Positions 51,842 through 64,000 of a stretch of 64,000 nucleotides of DNA are shown in pieces; positions within the stretch are counted from its first letter, which is position 1, and every line of letters begins with the position of its first letter. The position numbers and the translations under genes are program-made. The notes below the pieces were generated by a model, which saw nothing but the letters and a program-made list of their open reading frames with translations, was not told the DNA's origin and did no database searches. The stretch comes from Octopus vulgaris (taxonomy: Eukaryota), in NCBI GenBank assembly GCA_951406725.2, contig OX597830.1, forward strand, positions 25,048,001-25,112,000, given 5' to 3'.

Positions 51842-54563
51842 CATTGTCTTTGAGTGTTTCCTAAATTTATTTATTTTATATTTATTCATTGAGCGAATTG
51901 AGACCCTTAAGACGAAGAAAGGGGATACAAAGTGAAATTAGACGTAACATATCAGAAAAATTACGCAAATCGGGAATCAAAAGTGCAAAATATTATTTAA
52001 CGACTAACAGAAACCTGCTAAAGGGCGGTCTTTCTGCTAGTGAATATAATTTTAAATCTGTAACGTAACTTTAAACCTAGTGTTGATGATTGTATCAGTT
52101 ATAAATCATTCGCCTTTGCAACTTACTGCAGACCACACGGACAACAGGCCATTAACGACACTTTTGAAAATCAGACGAATAAATAAATTTACGAAGATAA
52201 TTCTTTCAAAGATAACATAAGGAACTAAGAATGAAATTTGAAAAATCCTTGATAAAATAAGCAAACTTTAGAATAGTCTTGTTTTAATATAGCACTTTTG
52301 AAAGTAAGGCTGTTCCCTATATTTGTGTGTGTGTGTGTGTGCATGAGAGAGAGAGGGTGTGTGTCTGTGTGCGCGGTGCAAGTGCGTGTGTGGTGGAGGC
52401 AGACCTTTGTCGTTCAATGATGATTCAATCGTTTGATCAACTGAATTAATTGCTCCTAAATTAGCGTGACACAATGTGTGATGAGGTTGTACTTTTTATA
52501 ATCCAGCCGACGGGCTTCCATCTAGTTTCCGTTTACCTGCGTCACACTGATTCTCCCTGAGCATTATATTAAGGGTACACTTGCCTGTGGAAATTCGGAG
52601 CCACTTACACGTTAATTTAGGGGCAATTAATTCAGTTGACCGAAATTGTAATGGCTCTGTATAAGAAGTTGTCTGATGAAATGTGTCTATTCATGTATTT
52701 TTTGGGGATGGGTGGGTTCATTTCCGTTAATTGCCGTCCACGTCTTTTACTGTTATTTTAATCTCATGTGTGTGTGTGCATGTATGTATGTATTTATGTA
52801 GATAGGCAGGTAGGTAGGTAAGTGTGCGTTTGTATGTATGTATGTATGTATAAGGCGAATTGGTAGAGACGTTAGTTTTGCTTTTAGTCTTGTGAGGTCG
52901 ATAAAGTATCAGTCAAATATTCGGGAATATTTCGACGAGAGTTTTAAACGTTGGTGAGAAAACCGAAAAACTGACGCTTTCTAATAAAAACAGAAAAACA
53001 TTAGTATTTATTCTACAATCAATTACACAATTACAATCAATGACAAGCTACTGAACTGAGGCAATGTGATTTCCCCAGAATCACAACGAACATCTTCAAT
53101 GAATAAAATATTAGATTTCTTATTTGACCATTAAACCTCTATACACCGAACTATAACAATAACAAAATAAATATCTATAATGAGATACAATTATTAATGT
53201 AACCAACGTCTATAAAAATGTTTCTTTTGTAACAATCCGAGAATCACAAAGCCAACGGTTTAGGTTTCTTGAATTTTTAGGAGCTACAAAATCAAATCAG
53301 TGGTGATGGCGGGGCCCTGTGAAGTGCTGCCTCAAATCTTTAAGCAATTATCTGCTAGAGCTTAATGGCTATAAAAACGTATACAATATGTATCAAGTAC
53401 ATTTACAAAATTAAATAAATAGCATAAAATGTTGTTATTTTCTAGTCTCGCAAACTAACAAGGTAACAGGAAAATAAATACGATATATGTTTATTTCCTT
53501 ATAAGGAAGTCCATTATTATAAGATATACGATATAGAAAACTTTACAAATAATTTTTAAGGTGAATTTAAGAGAAACTTATGAGAAATTAAGAAAGCTAG
53601 ACAATAAATTTAAGAGATAGCCATTAAGACAAATGGCTTAGACATATAGCGCTATTATACAGTTATGTCCCATTTTCACCTTCAGAAACTTTTATATCCA
53701 TTAATCTTGCAAAACCATTTGGGATTCAAATTTAAATATTATTTAGTTCCATTGGATTCCTAAGATGCTGAAAAATTACATTCAGCAGTATGTTGTGGGT
53801 GAATGAAAATTTTGTTATACTTGGGCGGTAGTTTAGTTGGAATTCGATCATGTTTTTTTACATGCCAAACCCACCTCCGAATAACTATGCAGTTGAAACG
53901 CCTAAATTAGAGACAGGGTGTTGGTGATCACTCATACATACATATAGTGGGTGTCAAATAATCCGGTTGTGTGTGTGTGAGAGAGAGAGAGAGGGGGAGA
54001 GAGAGAGAGAAAACAAAAGCTATCATGATGTTATGGAAGTGTCCGTAGCTAGACGCAGAACAAATACCTCAAGAGACTTCATTCGCAAACAACGGATGTT
54101 TTGGTTTTCTCTGCGCGACACACACACACACACACACACACATGCGTGCACAAACACACATGCGCGCGCGCACCCACACCCACACAACCCGATTTACAGA
54201 GTCATTAGAATGTCGGATAGAATGCTTTGCAGCATTTGTTCCGGCTCTTTGCTCTCTGAGTAAATATCTCACCACGATCAGTGTTGCTTTTCATTCTATC
54301 GGTGTCGATTACAAAATTACCAGAGGCTAAAACAGTGGGTGGGTGGGTTGGTGGGATTGTTGTAGCGACGGACGAGACGACTCGCAGAATTGTTTCTTCT
54401 GTTTACAGCTGTGAGCTCAAATTCTGTCTTGTTGCTGCGGGAAACGGAGAATTCCGGTTCCAGCTAATGGTACAAATTTCCAATATGAGAGGAAGCGAAG
54501 AATCAACAGAGCAGCATCCATGTAAATGCACGCCGTCTAGAACGGGATAAACGTTAGGATAGA

Positions 54564-54597
<34 letters not shown>

Positions 54598-55230
54598 TGT
54601 GTGTGTGTGTGCGTGCGCATGCGTACTTCCCCACCCTCTGTGAACCATATAGATGAGTTTTCTTGCTGTATTGTTAATTTCCAAAATGAATTTTCGTTCC
54701 CTTCGTCCATTTCTTCGAAGCAGTGGTCAATTAAAAGTTGCGTTGTTTACAAAGTACAACAAAGTACTTACTACTATCTGGTTTGCTGAAGATAGCTGAC
54801 TTAAGAAAGTCGTGAGTTTTGTTAACAGAATCAAAATCTATCGTAGTGCTAAAAAGAAATTTTCACGCGAGGCTGTTAGATGTCCCAGGCTTACGTTGTT
54901 TTAAATATTTTACCCACCGCCAGAATGTCACTGCTTAAAAAAATTCTAACTTATGGTTAAACTATGTGATGAGAATTATATGACAGTGTGTGGTATAATG
55001 TAGAGTGTTCCAAGTATATATATATAAATCGCAGATACACTTACACAAACATGCACGCGCATGCGTGTATGCATATATATATATGTATGTATGTATATAG
55101 GCAACATTATAAAATAACTCTACAAACATCAATGAACCCCGAGTCCCTAGAAGCACTTATCGGACCTGTTACACCACACTTTCTCTCCTTTAATTTTCTG
55201 TGTCTTTGTACTCTGTTAAAGTTTGCTCTG

Positions 55231-55286
<56 letters not shown>

Positions 55287-55290
<4 letters not shown>

Positions 55291-57743
55291 GTTGAGTAAA
55301 AAGTAAGCAACGTTTTGAAACATGAAGTTCATCACAATGCAGAAATATTATTCATCAAAGTAAGTACCATTACAATCAACACAGTTTTGCCAACGAGTTA
55401 CAGGTTTGTTTATTCCGGTAACATAAAAATCTGGAGTTCAGGAGTTGATGAATTCTTTGAACGCACTTTCAGCATCGGTTTGATTTTTTAACTCCTTCTC
55501 TCGCAGGAAACCATCTAGGCGCTTGAAAAACCACCATACAGTCCCAATAAACTTCTATTTGAAGAGCTCGGGTTTAGGGAAGCTTTTCGGTGCTTCATTT
55601 TGGCCCAACCACTACGAAGAACGTTTCTTTTTTATTATTATTGTACAGAATCCACTTTTCACCGCAAGTTAAAACGCGGTCGAGAAATGGATCGGTCTGT
55701 TTACAGAGAAGAAGCAACGAACAAATTTCATATCTGCGCATTTTCTGATTTTCATTCAAATCGTGTAGTATCCATTTGTCGATCTTTTTTGATTTTCCAA
55801 TCGCATGCAAATGGTTGCAGGCAGTTTTCTGGCAAACTTGAAGTTCTTTTGCCAGTTCTCGAGTGGTTTACGTGAATCTTTCTCAAAGACGGTCTTTAAC
55901 TGACCGTCATCGATGACAGATGGGCGCCAACTACGCTCACGATCTTCAAGGCTCAGGTCTCCACTGCGAAATCGTTTAAACCATTTTCGAGCTGACCACT
56001 CACTGGTCATTTTCTTACCAAACGTTTCCTTCATATCGATGGCGCTTTCGGCTGCTTTACGTCCTTTTTTGAGGTTGAATAGCAAAAATTGCTCCATTTC
56101 AGATTATTGTAACAACGATTTCTTTATTACCCACAAGGGGCTAAATACAGGGGGACAAATACAAACAGATAAGTGGGGACGAAAAAAGACAAACGAATGG
56201 AAAAATTGTAAATATGAATAATGAAATGGAATGAAGCCACTCGACCCTACATCCGAGTGACTTCATTTACACATTTTTTTTTACAAACTTATAATTAAGA
56301 TACTTTAACTTAGGTGGTAAATTACTTGCGTCTGCTGGTACGCCTATGTCAAATGTTTCTGTCCCACATTTTTCCATTAAACCAAAACACTTTTTCGGTG
56401 TTAGGGTTAGGGCGTTTTGGGCAACTGTCTGTGTTATTGTCTGTGTCAAGAGGGACAGGAGGACGGTTGGTGACTGCAGAGGGAGGGTGTAACAGCATGG
56501 AATCGGGTGAGACTTCACACTTTTTTCCTCAGACCGTTTTTTAGTTTTCTTCATTTTAGATTGTGTCCATTCCAGCTCTTCTTCCTTCCCAGGCTCCTCC
56601 TCGCTTCTAGATGACTTCGCCAGAGGCGGGGGGTGCGAATTTTTCTTTTGGTTCTTTTGCGCTGTGTAGAGGGCATTCTGCTTTAATGTGGCCCCACATT
56701 TAATATACCTGGGCGTCCTGCACTCCCCATGACTCTCAACTTAATGACCCCGTCGACTGTCCTTTCTAGATCTTCCAGAGCGGCCTGGCTCACCGTTTCC
56801 AGGCCCTGCCCATAACAATTTCTTGTCGGCACTCTTTTTTACCTGGAGGACCACAATTCTGGTCCTCCATATTAAGTAGGATGGCGGCTACCAGCCAGGC
56901 AATATCCACCTCAGGAGGGATCTCATCTACCCTTACCCCGAGAAGCACGTTTTCCAGGGTAAATGAGTAGAAGGACCACCTCCTCCGTCTTGAGGGGAGT
57001 AGCGGCATGCTGCCTGGCCACAGCCTCGGACGCAAACTGCACCTCCACCGTTGCGAACTTTCTCCCTCTAGCTAGGTAATCCACCTCTTTCCAAATGGGC
57101 TGCACAGCCCTTTCCACTTCACATCTCGTAGCCACCTCTATCCGATGCAGTCGTACGTTGTATGTTCTATACAACACCATTCTTTTGGCTGTCCTTTCGG
57201 TAGTTTCCCTTGGAGGAGATACCTTGACAGTGTTCCTCTCCCTTTTTATCATTTCTTGGAATCTTTCAATTCCCTCCAAACACACATCTTCAGACTGCCG
57301 TCTCACCGCCTCTGCGAAACTGTTCTTTTTTGCCTCTCTATTTCGTCTAGACATGCCACCAGCTCCTCCTCAAACGACAACAGGTCTGAGTAGCTCATTC
57401 CCTCCATTTCTTTACAGCGGTTCCTCTTTCAAACAAGGGGGACAGCGTTAACAAATCTGCCGTAAGGCAGCAAAAACAAGTGTCTCAAGACACAACAATT
57501 AATAACAAATACAACTTTGACTAACCTTTCGCACAAACAAAATTCACGATCAACTCGGTCACAAATGATTGTAACAACGGTGAAAAAAATATCAATGTTA
57601 ATTTATTGATGCATTTGGGTAAGTCCGTATCTATATTATCAGACAATTTCAAAAAAAATGTTTTAAAACAATTCAAAACTCTGCAAAAATCCGGTACAAA
57701 TTCGTCATGGTTCAAAACATTGCTTACTTTTTCCTCAACCTGA
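55287..57743 (-). mobile_element. Mariner copy 2 (defective) carrying Tx1-clade element N
   Basis: TA-flanked TIRs as in copy 1. Transposase HTH (KWFKRFRSGDLSLEDRERS) at 55756-56097 and FLDRVLTCGEKWILY at 55595-55810. Confidence 0.92.
56118..57564 (-). mobile_element. ORF1-only non-autonomous Tx1-clade element N, copy 2
   Basis: Colinear with 36789-38210. TSD AT(T/G)ATTGTAACAACG at 56103-56117 and 57565-57579. Confidence 0.88.
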
Positions 57744-58666
57744 TATATATTTATACTTGAATATTCATCGTCTGGAAAATTTCAGTCGTTGTCTTCTCTC
57801 TATTTACATGTATTCATATATGTATATCTAACCGAAACAGTTTTATTTGTTTATTTGCATCATTATCTCTATATACATACGTATACATGCATGTGTATGT
57901 ATATCTACTAGACAAATGAGAGTGTATGTGTCTATGTCTGAGTATATAACCCCCAAAGGCTCTGAAATCTGCATCCCAAAGAGGAGGTTTTCAGTAAATA
58001 ATATCCAAAAGATACAATTTGATACGAAAAATAACTCAAGTTTTAGATCGTTAAATCTCCTGTCGTCTCTCTCTCTCTCTCTCTCTTTCCACACACTCTC
58101 TCACTCTTTCTCTGTATATGTATATCTCCCATGCATGCCGCTCTCTTCCTATCACTCCCTCTGAGTCTTCATATGACAAGTAATTTCTTTCATGTTGTTT
58201 AAAACTTCGTCGCTGTTATCTGTTTGCTTTCATTTTATGAATTTAAATTCCGGGGTGATCTACCTTAACTTTCTTGACTATCTTGATTAGTATTAACCAT
58301 TAATCTAATGTACTGTTTTTTCTCTTTGCTACGGCAGTAACGTTAATCAATTAAAAATTTCTTGGTTCTCCACAAATACTACCTTCCAAATCCCGTTTTC
58401 TGGTTGGGTAAAAATTATGAAGCTTTAAACATGTGTAACGTTTTCCTAATTTTCTTTCTGGAATAAACGAATCCCAAAATTGGATTCAGAGTGAAAAATT
58501 ACACCAATATACCAAAATTGAAAATTTTCACTTAATTTAAAAATTTCAAAATCTGTGACAGCAACTGAAAAGATCCCGTCTCTAGCTGCCTCTTTCTTTG
58601 TCTTTTACGCTTTTTTCATTGTAAACAATACCCTTCTCTCTCTCTCTCTCTCTCGCTATATATATA

Positions 58667-58807
58667 TATGGTTGTCCCAAAAGTTCGTAGAAAGTCTTGG
58701 AAAATAATGGTCTTTATTTTGAGGAATAATTTTTGTTGTTTTTATTAGTACTTGGCGAGTAAAAATTCAATTTTCGCAAATGTTTACGAACTTTTGGGAC
58801 AACCTAA
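58667..58807. mobile_element. Small Tc1/mariner MITE
   Basis: Inverted termini GGTTGTCCCAAAAGTTCGTA / TACGAACTTTTGGGACAACC in TA context. Confidence 0.8.
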
Positions 58808-58884
58808 TATTTACCATCTCCCTCTTAGTCTTTATTTGCATATAAATATTGCTCACGCTGAGTGTGGGTGCATGTATGTAAGTG

Positions 58885-58943
<59 letters not shown>

Positions 58944-59215
58944 TCAGAAGGAAAGAAAGAAAGGAAGAGACGCACTCCATTGGTCATGCATGTGTAAGTA
59001 CGTAAGAGTTGTTGTCTATATTTCATATTGGTTTACAAATGAGTGGGCGTGAAATTTCAAACAGTACCAAATGGCCTAAGCATTTGTCAAAGAATCGAAT
59101 CTGTCCTTACAAAAACAATTAATATCCATTTGTAAAGAATCCAGTAACTGAATTCCTGTTACTAAGGCAATATTTGTTAAGTAAGAGACAGATAGATGGA
59201 GGAGAGAGAGAAAGG

Positions 59216-59282
<67 letters not shown>

Positions 59283-60007
59283 GGAAACGTTGAATTGTAA
59301 TTATATCTCTCGTATCGCTATCTGAAAACAGCAAAAAAGCTAATAACTTAATCAAGTAAATTCTACTAGCAAAAACACTAATCTACCATAAATCAAAATT
59401 ATTCCCCACAGTATTCTATTCTTAATTAAAATTAAATTCAAATTCCGGGGTTATCTCCCTTAACTTTCTTGATTAGTATTAATCATTAAGCTAAATCATT
59501 AAGTTTTTCTCCTAGCTACAGCAGTAATGTAAATTGATTAGAAATGTCTTGGTTCTCTACATTTATCATATTTTGTCACCAACTTTTTCATGCACCAGAC
59601 CCCGAGGTATTTTCTCCAGTTAATGTTCAGGGTGTGATACCGTTCAGTCACTATTGTCTTTCTTTAACTTTGATGGTTTGCAAATGACGAATGTCTACGT
59701 GAGTATGCGCGCACATGTACGTGTGTATATGTTTGTACACGCGTACATGTGTGAAAATGCTGGTTGAGAGAACGATTGTGTATAATTACCACATTTAAGC
59801 TTAACATGACATAACTTCATAGACGAAGTTGGATTACCAGAGCGTAGCGTAAGCTAGAAGCGGGAGAATTCACGCTTTTCTGAAGGACATAGCCGACATA
59901 AGTAAAACAGTTCCGACTGCAAATCGGAATCACTCCGAGATTTTTCGGATGATCTTTAAAATATGATATAGTTTCCGAACTAGGAGTACAAAACTGACAG
60001 TTATAAT

Positions 60008-60551
60008 CTTTTCTACTCTAGGCACAAGGCCCAAAATTTTTTGGTGATGTGATCAGTCGATTAGATCGACCCAATACGCAACTGGCACTTAATTTATCGA
60101 CCGGAAAGGAGGAAAGGTAAAGTCGACCTCGGCGGAATTTGAACTCAGAACGTAACGGCAGACGAAATACCTATTTCTTTACTACCCACAGAGAGGACAA
60201 ACAAACGGATTAAGTCGATTATATCGACCCCAGTACGTAGCTGGTACTTATTTAATCGACCTCGAAAGGATGAAAGGCAAAGTCGACCTCGGCGGAATTT
60301 GAACTCAGAACGTAGCGGCAGACGAAATACCTATTTCTTTACTACCCACATGGGGCTAAACACAGAGAGGACAAACGGATTAAGTTGATTATATCGACCC
60401 CAGTGCGTAACTGGTACTTAATTTATCGACCCCAAAAGGATGAAAGGCAAAGTCGACCTCGGCGGAATTTGAACTCAGAACGTAACGGCAGACGAAATAC
60501 GGCTACGCATTTCGCCCGGCGTGCTAACGATTCTGCCATCTCGACGCCTTG
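60008..60551 (-). mobile_element. Trimeric SINE family C with 15-bp TSD
   Basis: ACTGACAG(T/A)TATAAT at 59993-60007 and 60552-60566 flanks three CORE units. Confidence 0.9.
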
Positions 60552-61119
60552 ACTGACAGATATAATGAAATTCTATGACTCCTGTCAAATAATTTAGCCT
60601 AAAGAAAGAAACCAAAAGAACATCTGTGATCGCTCAGCCTGTTAGAAAGAGCAATTAACGTCTCTCAAACCTCACACTATAATATTGAAAACGGATCGAT
60701 ACCTTGGACAATGCAGTGGTAGATATACAAGCAGATAGGTTGGTCACCACTCGATTGTCTCTAATCATAGGTCTGCTCGTGTAGACCTCACCTAAAGTTA
60801 AACAAGGACAACTTAGCCTAAATACTATCACATAGAAAACTTCATTCTATACCCGGGTACATATTTGACAGAGTTGTTAGAACGTCAAATTATGGCTTGT
60901 AGCATTCAAATCGTCTTTCTTAGTTTAAATCCCGCTGGGTCAGCTTTTCCTTTCTCTCTTCCGGAATTCACAAAGTACTAGCACTGGTGCCAATTTTTCT
61001 TCCTGCTCTCTGAAAGAAAGCTGTGTTCAAACCAGGAGTGACATGAACTTCGCCATTCTGAAAATGCTCAAAAACGCAGTATGTCATGATCATCCTTATG
61101 ATTCCATCCTTACACATAT

Positions 61120-61505
61120 GTGGAAGCACTCCGTCGGTTACGACGACGAGGGGTCCGGTTGATCCGAATCAACGGAACAGCCTGCTCGTGAAATTAACGT
61201 GTAAGTAGCTGAGCACTCCACAGACACGTGTACCCTTAACGTAGTTCTCGGGGATATCCAGCGTGACACAGAGAGTGACAAGGCCGGCCCTTTGAAATAC
61301 AGGTACAACAGAAACAGGAAGTAAGAGTGAGAGAAAGTTGTGGTGAAAGAGTACAGCAGGGATCACCACCATCCCCTGCCGGAGCCTCGTGGACCTTTAG
61401 GTGTTTTCGCTCAATAAACACTCACAACGCCCGGTCTGGGAATCGAAACCGCGATCATATGACCGCGAGTCCGCTGCCCTAACCACTGAACCATTGCGCC
61501 TCCAC
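61120..61505 (-). mobile_element. Full-length SINE family A with 12-bp TSD
   Basis: CCTTACACATAT at 61108-61119 and 61506-61517. tRNA head with GGTTTCGATTCCC B box. Confidence 0.9.
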
Positions 61506-61891
61506 CCTTACACATATACAGTTATATAGTCTAAATTATTATTATTATTTTTTTTTGCTTTTCTATTTTTTGTTTTTAGTTTATTTTTCTTTTACCGCAA
61601 AAATTAATGAACTTGCTTGAAAAATAATTAATATTATTTTTATCATTTCAGATAACAGTCCGCCGATCACTTGCAAGAGGTAATTTATATATATATATAT
61701 ATGTTGTGTTTTTTTTTCTTCTTTTGTCTTTTCATTGAAGCGTTTCCTACTTGTATAGTCAACATTCTGGAAACGAAAACCATTTGTTGAAATACTTGAA
61801 TAATTGTTGACCAATATTCAGACAAAACAAACTTCTTGATGCTATAATAAACTACTTTGACGGAGGTAAGAAAAAAAAAGCATCATTTAAA

Positions 61892-64000
61892 CCAGGGGTG
61901 GGGAAACTTTTTAGTGCGGTGGGCAAAATATTCCAAAGAAAAAAGTCCGCGGGCGGATCACAAGTTCTGTGTATATATCTTTGTATAATTCGATATACAT
62001 TAATAAAGATAAGTTTAACACATTAAATTAACGCGTAACACCTTCATTAACGCCACCACTGAATTTAGGACGTTTATATTACTTATGAGGTATTCTATAG
62101 TTTTCAAAATGTACCTATCCTAATGTTGGAGAAATCATAACAGTTAAGCACAGACCGAATTTAATTTGAAAAATTACATTAATACCTAAATAGTATTATG
62201 TGTAAATGACATGTTTGAACAAATTTATCCTAGTGATCATTTTATTAAAGGTAATTAACCTTTACTTTAAAATTTGGCTTTGCTTAGTGAGAAGAATGAA
62301 ACTACTTTTTCTTTTTTTTTTCTTTTTTGAAAGTTTAGGAATATCATGTCTTTGAAGAAACTGCTATTCTTACTTCATTACTCAGGTTTTCGTTAGTAAG
62401 TCTGGTACGAAGACGATTTTTTTGCATAATTCAGTTTGGTAAAAAAAACTGCTCATATTGATAAGTTGTCGAAAATTGAGATACGAATTTCAAGGTATTT
62501 TTATGTAAAGCAGGTAATTTCTCAGGATTGATGGGTTTGTAGAAGTTCAATAAAGACAGATTACTATATTTTGATTTTATTAAGTTATCCAATTGCAAAT
62601 TAATTAAATCTAATTGTAAGGAATCCGGTGCCTCCTCAGGACACATATCAAAAGGTGTCTCAAAAACACATAGTTCGATTTTATCTTGTATTTCTTCAAA
62701 TCTTTCAAATTTCTTCAAAAGTCTTTCACACTCGTCAGAATATTCCTTTATTGATTTGGGATTTTGTTCGTTCATTTTCGGAAAATGTGTGAAGTACTTT
62801 CTTTTCAATTGTATGACAAATAAATGAAGCATCGATTCAAAGCTTTTGATATGAGAAAGCAAACTGGTTATTAGCTGATTGGAGCCTTGTATTATTTAAA
62901 TGGCTAGCTATATCTACTAAAAATGTTAAATCACTTTGAAACTTTTCATCTTCCAGTTCTATAATAGGAACACCTTTAATATCTATAAAAAATTTCGCTT
63001 CTTACTTCAGTTCATAAAATTGCTTAAGCATTTGGGCCTTACTTAACTTCACAATGGTGTGATAAATCCCCATATTGGGCTTCAAGATCTTTCAAAAATT
63101 CTTTAAATTCCCTATTATTCAACCCTTTGCTTTTTATCAAATTAACGGCCTTAGTTACAGCTTTAATTGCATTGACAATCTTGAGAGATTTTGCACATAA
63201 ACTTTCCATATGAATAAAGCGGACCCAAAAGTCGCTTCTTAAATTCATTCTTAATCAAACCTACGAACCCTTTTTCACGACCGACCACAGATGGAGCGCC
63301 ATCTGTGGCAAGACCACTCATTTTTTCATATGAAATTAACCATCACCTCTAATTGTTCCATGCATTGGTTTCAAGGAAAGAAATTCTTCCCGAATGTTGA
63401 ATTTTGCAGTTATTGCACGTATAAATATTGCCGTGTGAGTAGTATTAGACAGATCAGTTGTCTTATCAATAGCTAATGAATACAATACGAATTCTACTGA
63501 ATCAGATTTTAGAGAATTTTGAATGAGATCAGCAATATCTTTAATACGATCGGAAACAGTTCTTCTTGATAAGCTAATATTTCCAAACAAATTAATTTTT
63601 TCTTGGCATATATTCTCAACAGCAGTAAGGAGACATTTTTTCACGAATTCACCATCGCTATGTGGTTTGAGATTTTTAGCAATATTTTCGTATACCGCAT
63701 AATTAGCTCCAGTAACTGATTAACTCTCAAGAATTGGCCTTTTAAAAAAATGTTTGTCTTTTGGTCAGATTTTCTTTCAAGGAGGCTATCTTGTCAAAAC
63801 GTTCAGATTCTTTCAAATTTCCATAAATCTTATGCTTACTCATAAAATGCTTCCTTATATTATATTTTTTATGAAAGGTTACTTGTTCGTTGCAAATAAG
63901 ACAAATGCACTTATCTATTTCAATAAAAAAAATCAGTCCATTTTTCATCAAACAAAGTACGTTTACCAGCACTTTTATAACCGCTTGCCATATTGATAAA
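61892..64000 (-). mobile_element. hAT transposon (Charlie/SPIN/GTF2IRD2-like) with a frameshifted transposase, running off the window
   Basis: Terminus CAGGGGTGGGGAAAC. BED finger CLICNEQ..NIRKHFMSKH, ISLSRRTV, YSLAIDKTTDLS and a C-terminal FSTTYQYEQFF dimerisation motif. Confidence 0.9.

Noticed and set aside
36789-57743. Simple segmental duplication explaining the two mariner-Tx1 copies
   Set aside because: Similarity stops at the mariner TIR/TA boundaries and the outer flanks are unrelated.
62431-63972. Domesticated GTF2IRD2/EPM2AIP1-like host gene
   Set aside because: Multiple frameshifts and stops, and a retained hAT terminus at 61892.

Overview
AT-rich, microsatellite- and transposon-saturated eukaryotic DNA. 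The SINE repertoire resembles the tRNA-derived SINEs of octopods (recalled from memory, not searched). I found no convincing host protein-coding exon, and most of the ORF track is microsatellite or SINE noise. The recognisable coding remnants are all transposon-derived: Helitron Rep, a HERO/NeSL-like RLE retrotransposon, Penelope-like RT, Tx1/L1-clade ORF1 and ORF2, mariner, pogo/Tigger, Gypsy integrase and a Charlie/GTF2IRD2-like hAT. There is also a U6 snRNA pseudogene and a tRNA-Asp pseudogene. The most notable structure is a three-tier parasite system. (1) Two copies of one mariner (32988-38385, 55287-57743) each carry an ORF1-only Tx1-clade retroelement at the same site, a few bases upstream of the transposase ATG, with 13-15 bp TSDs. 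(2) A second, diverged RT-encoding Tx1 family is stacked at the same target in copy 1. (3) The 3' end of the Tx1 element is shared with a CORE-type SINE found here as TSD-flanked monomers, a dimer and a trimer. Coordinates were read by eye and the boundaries of degenerate elements are approximate.
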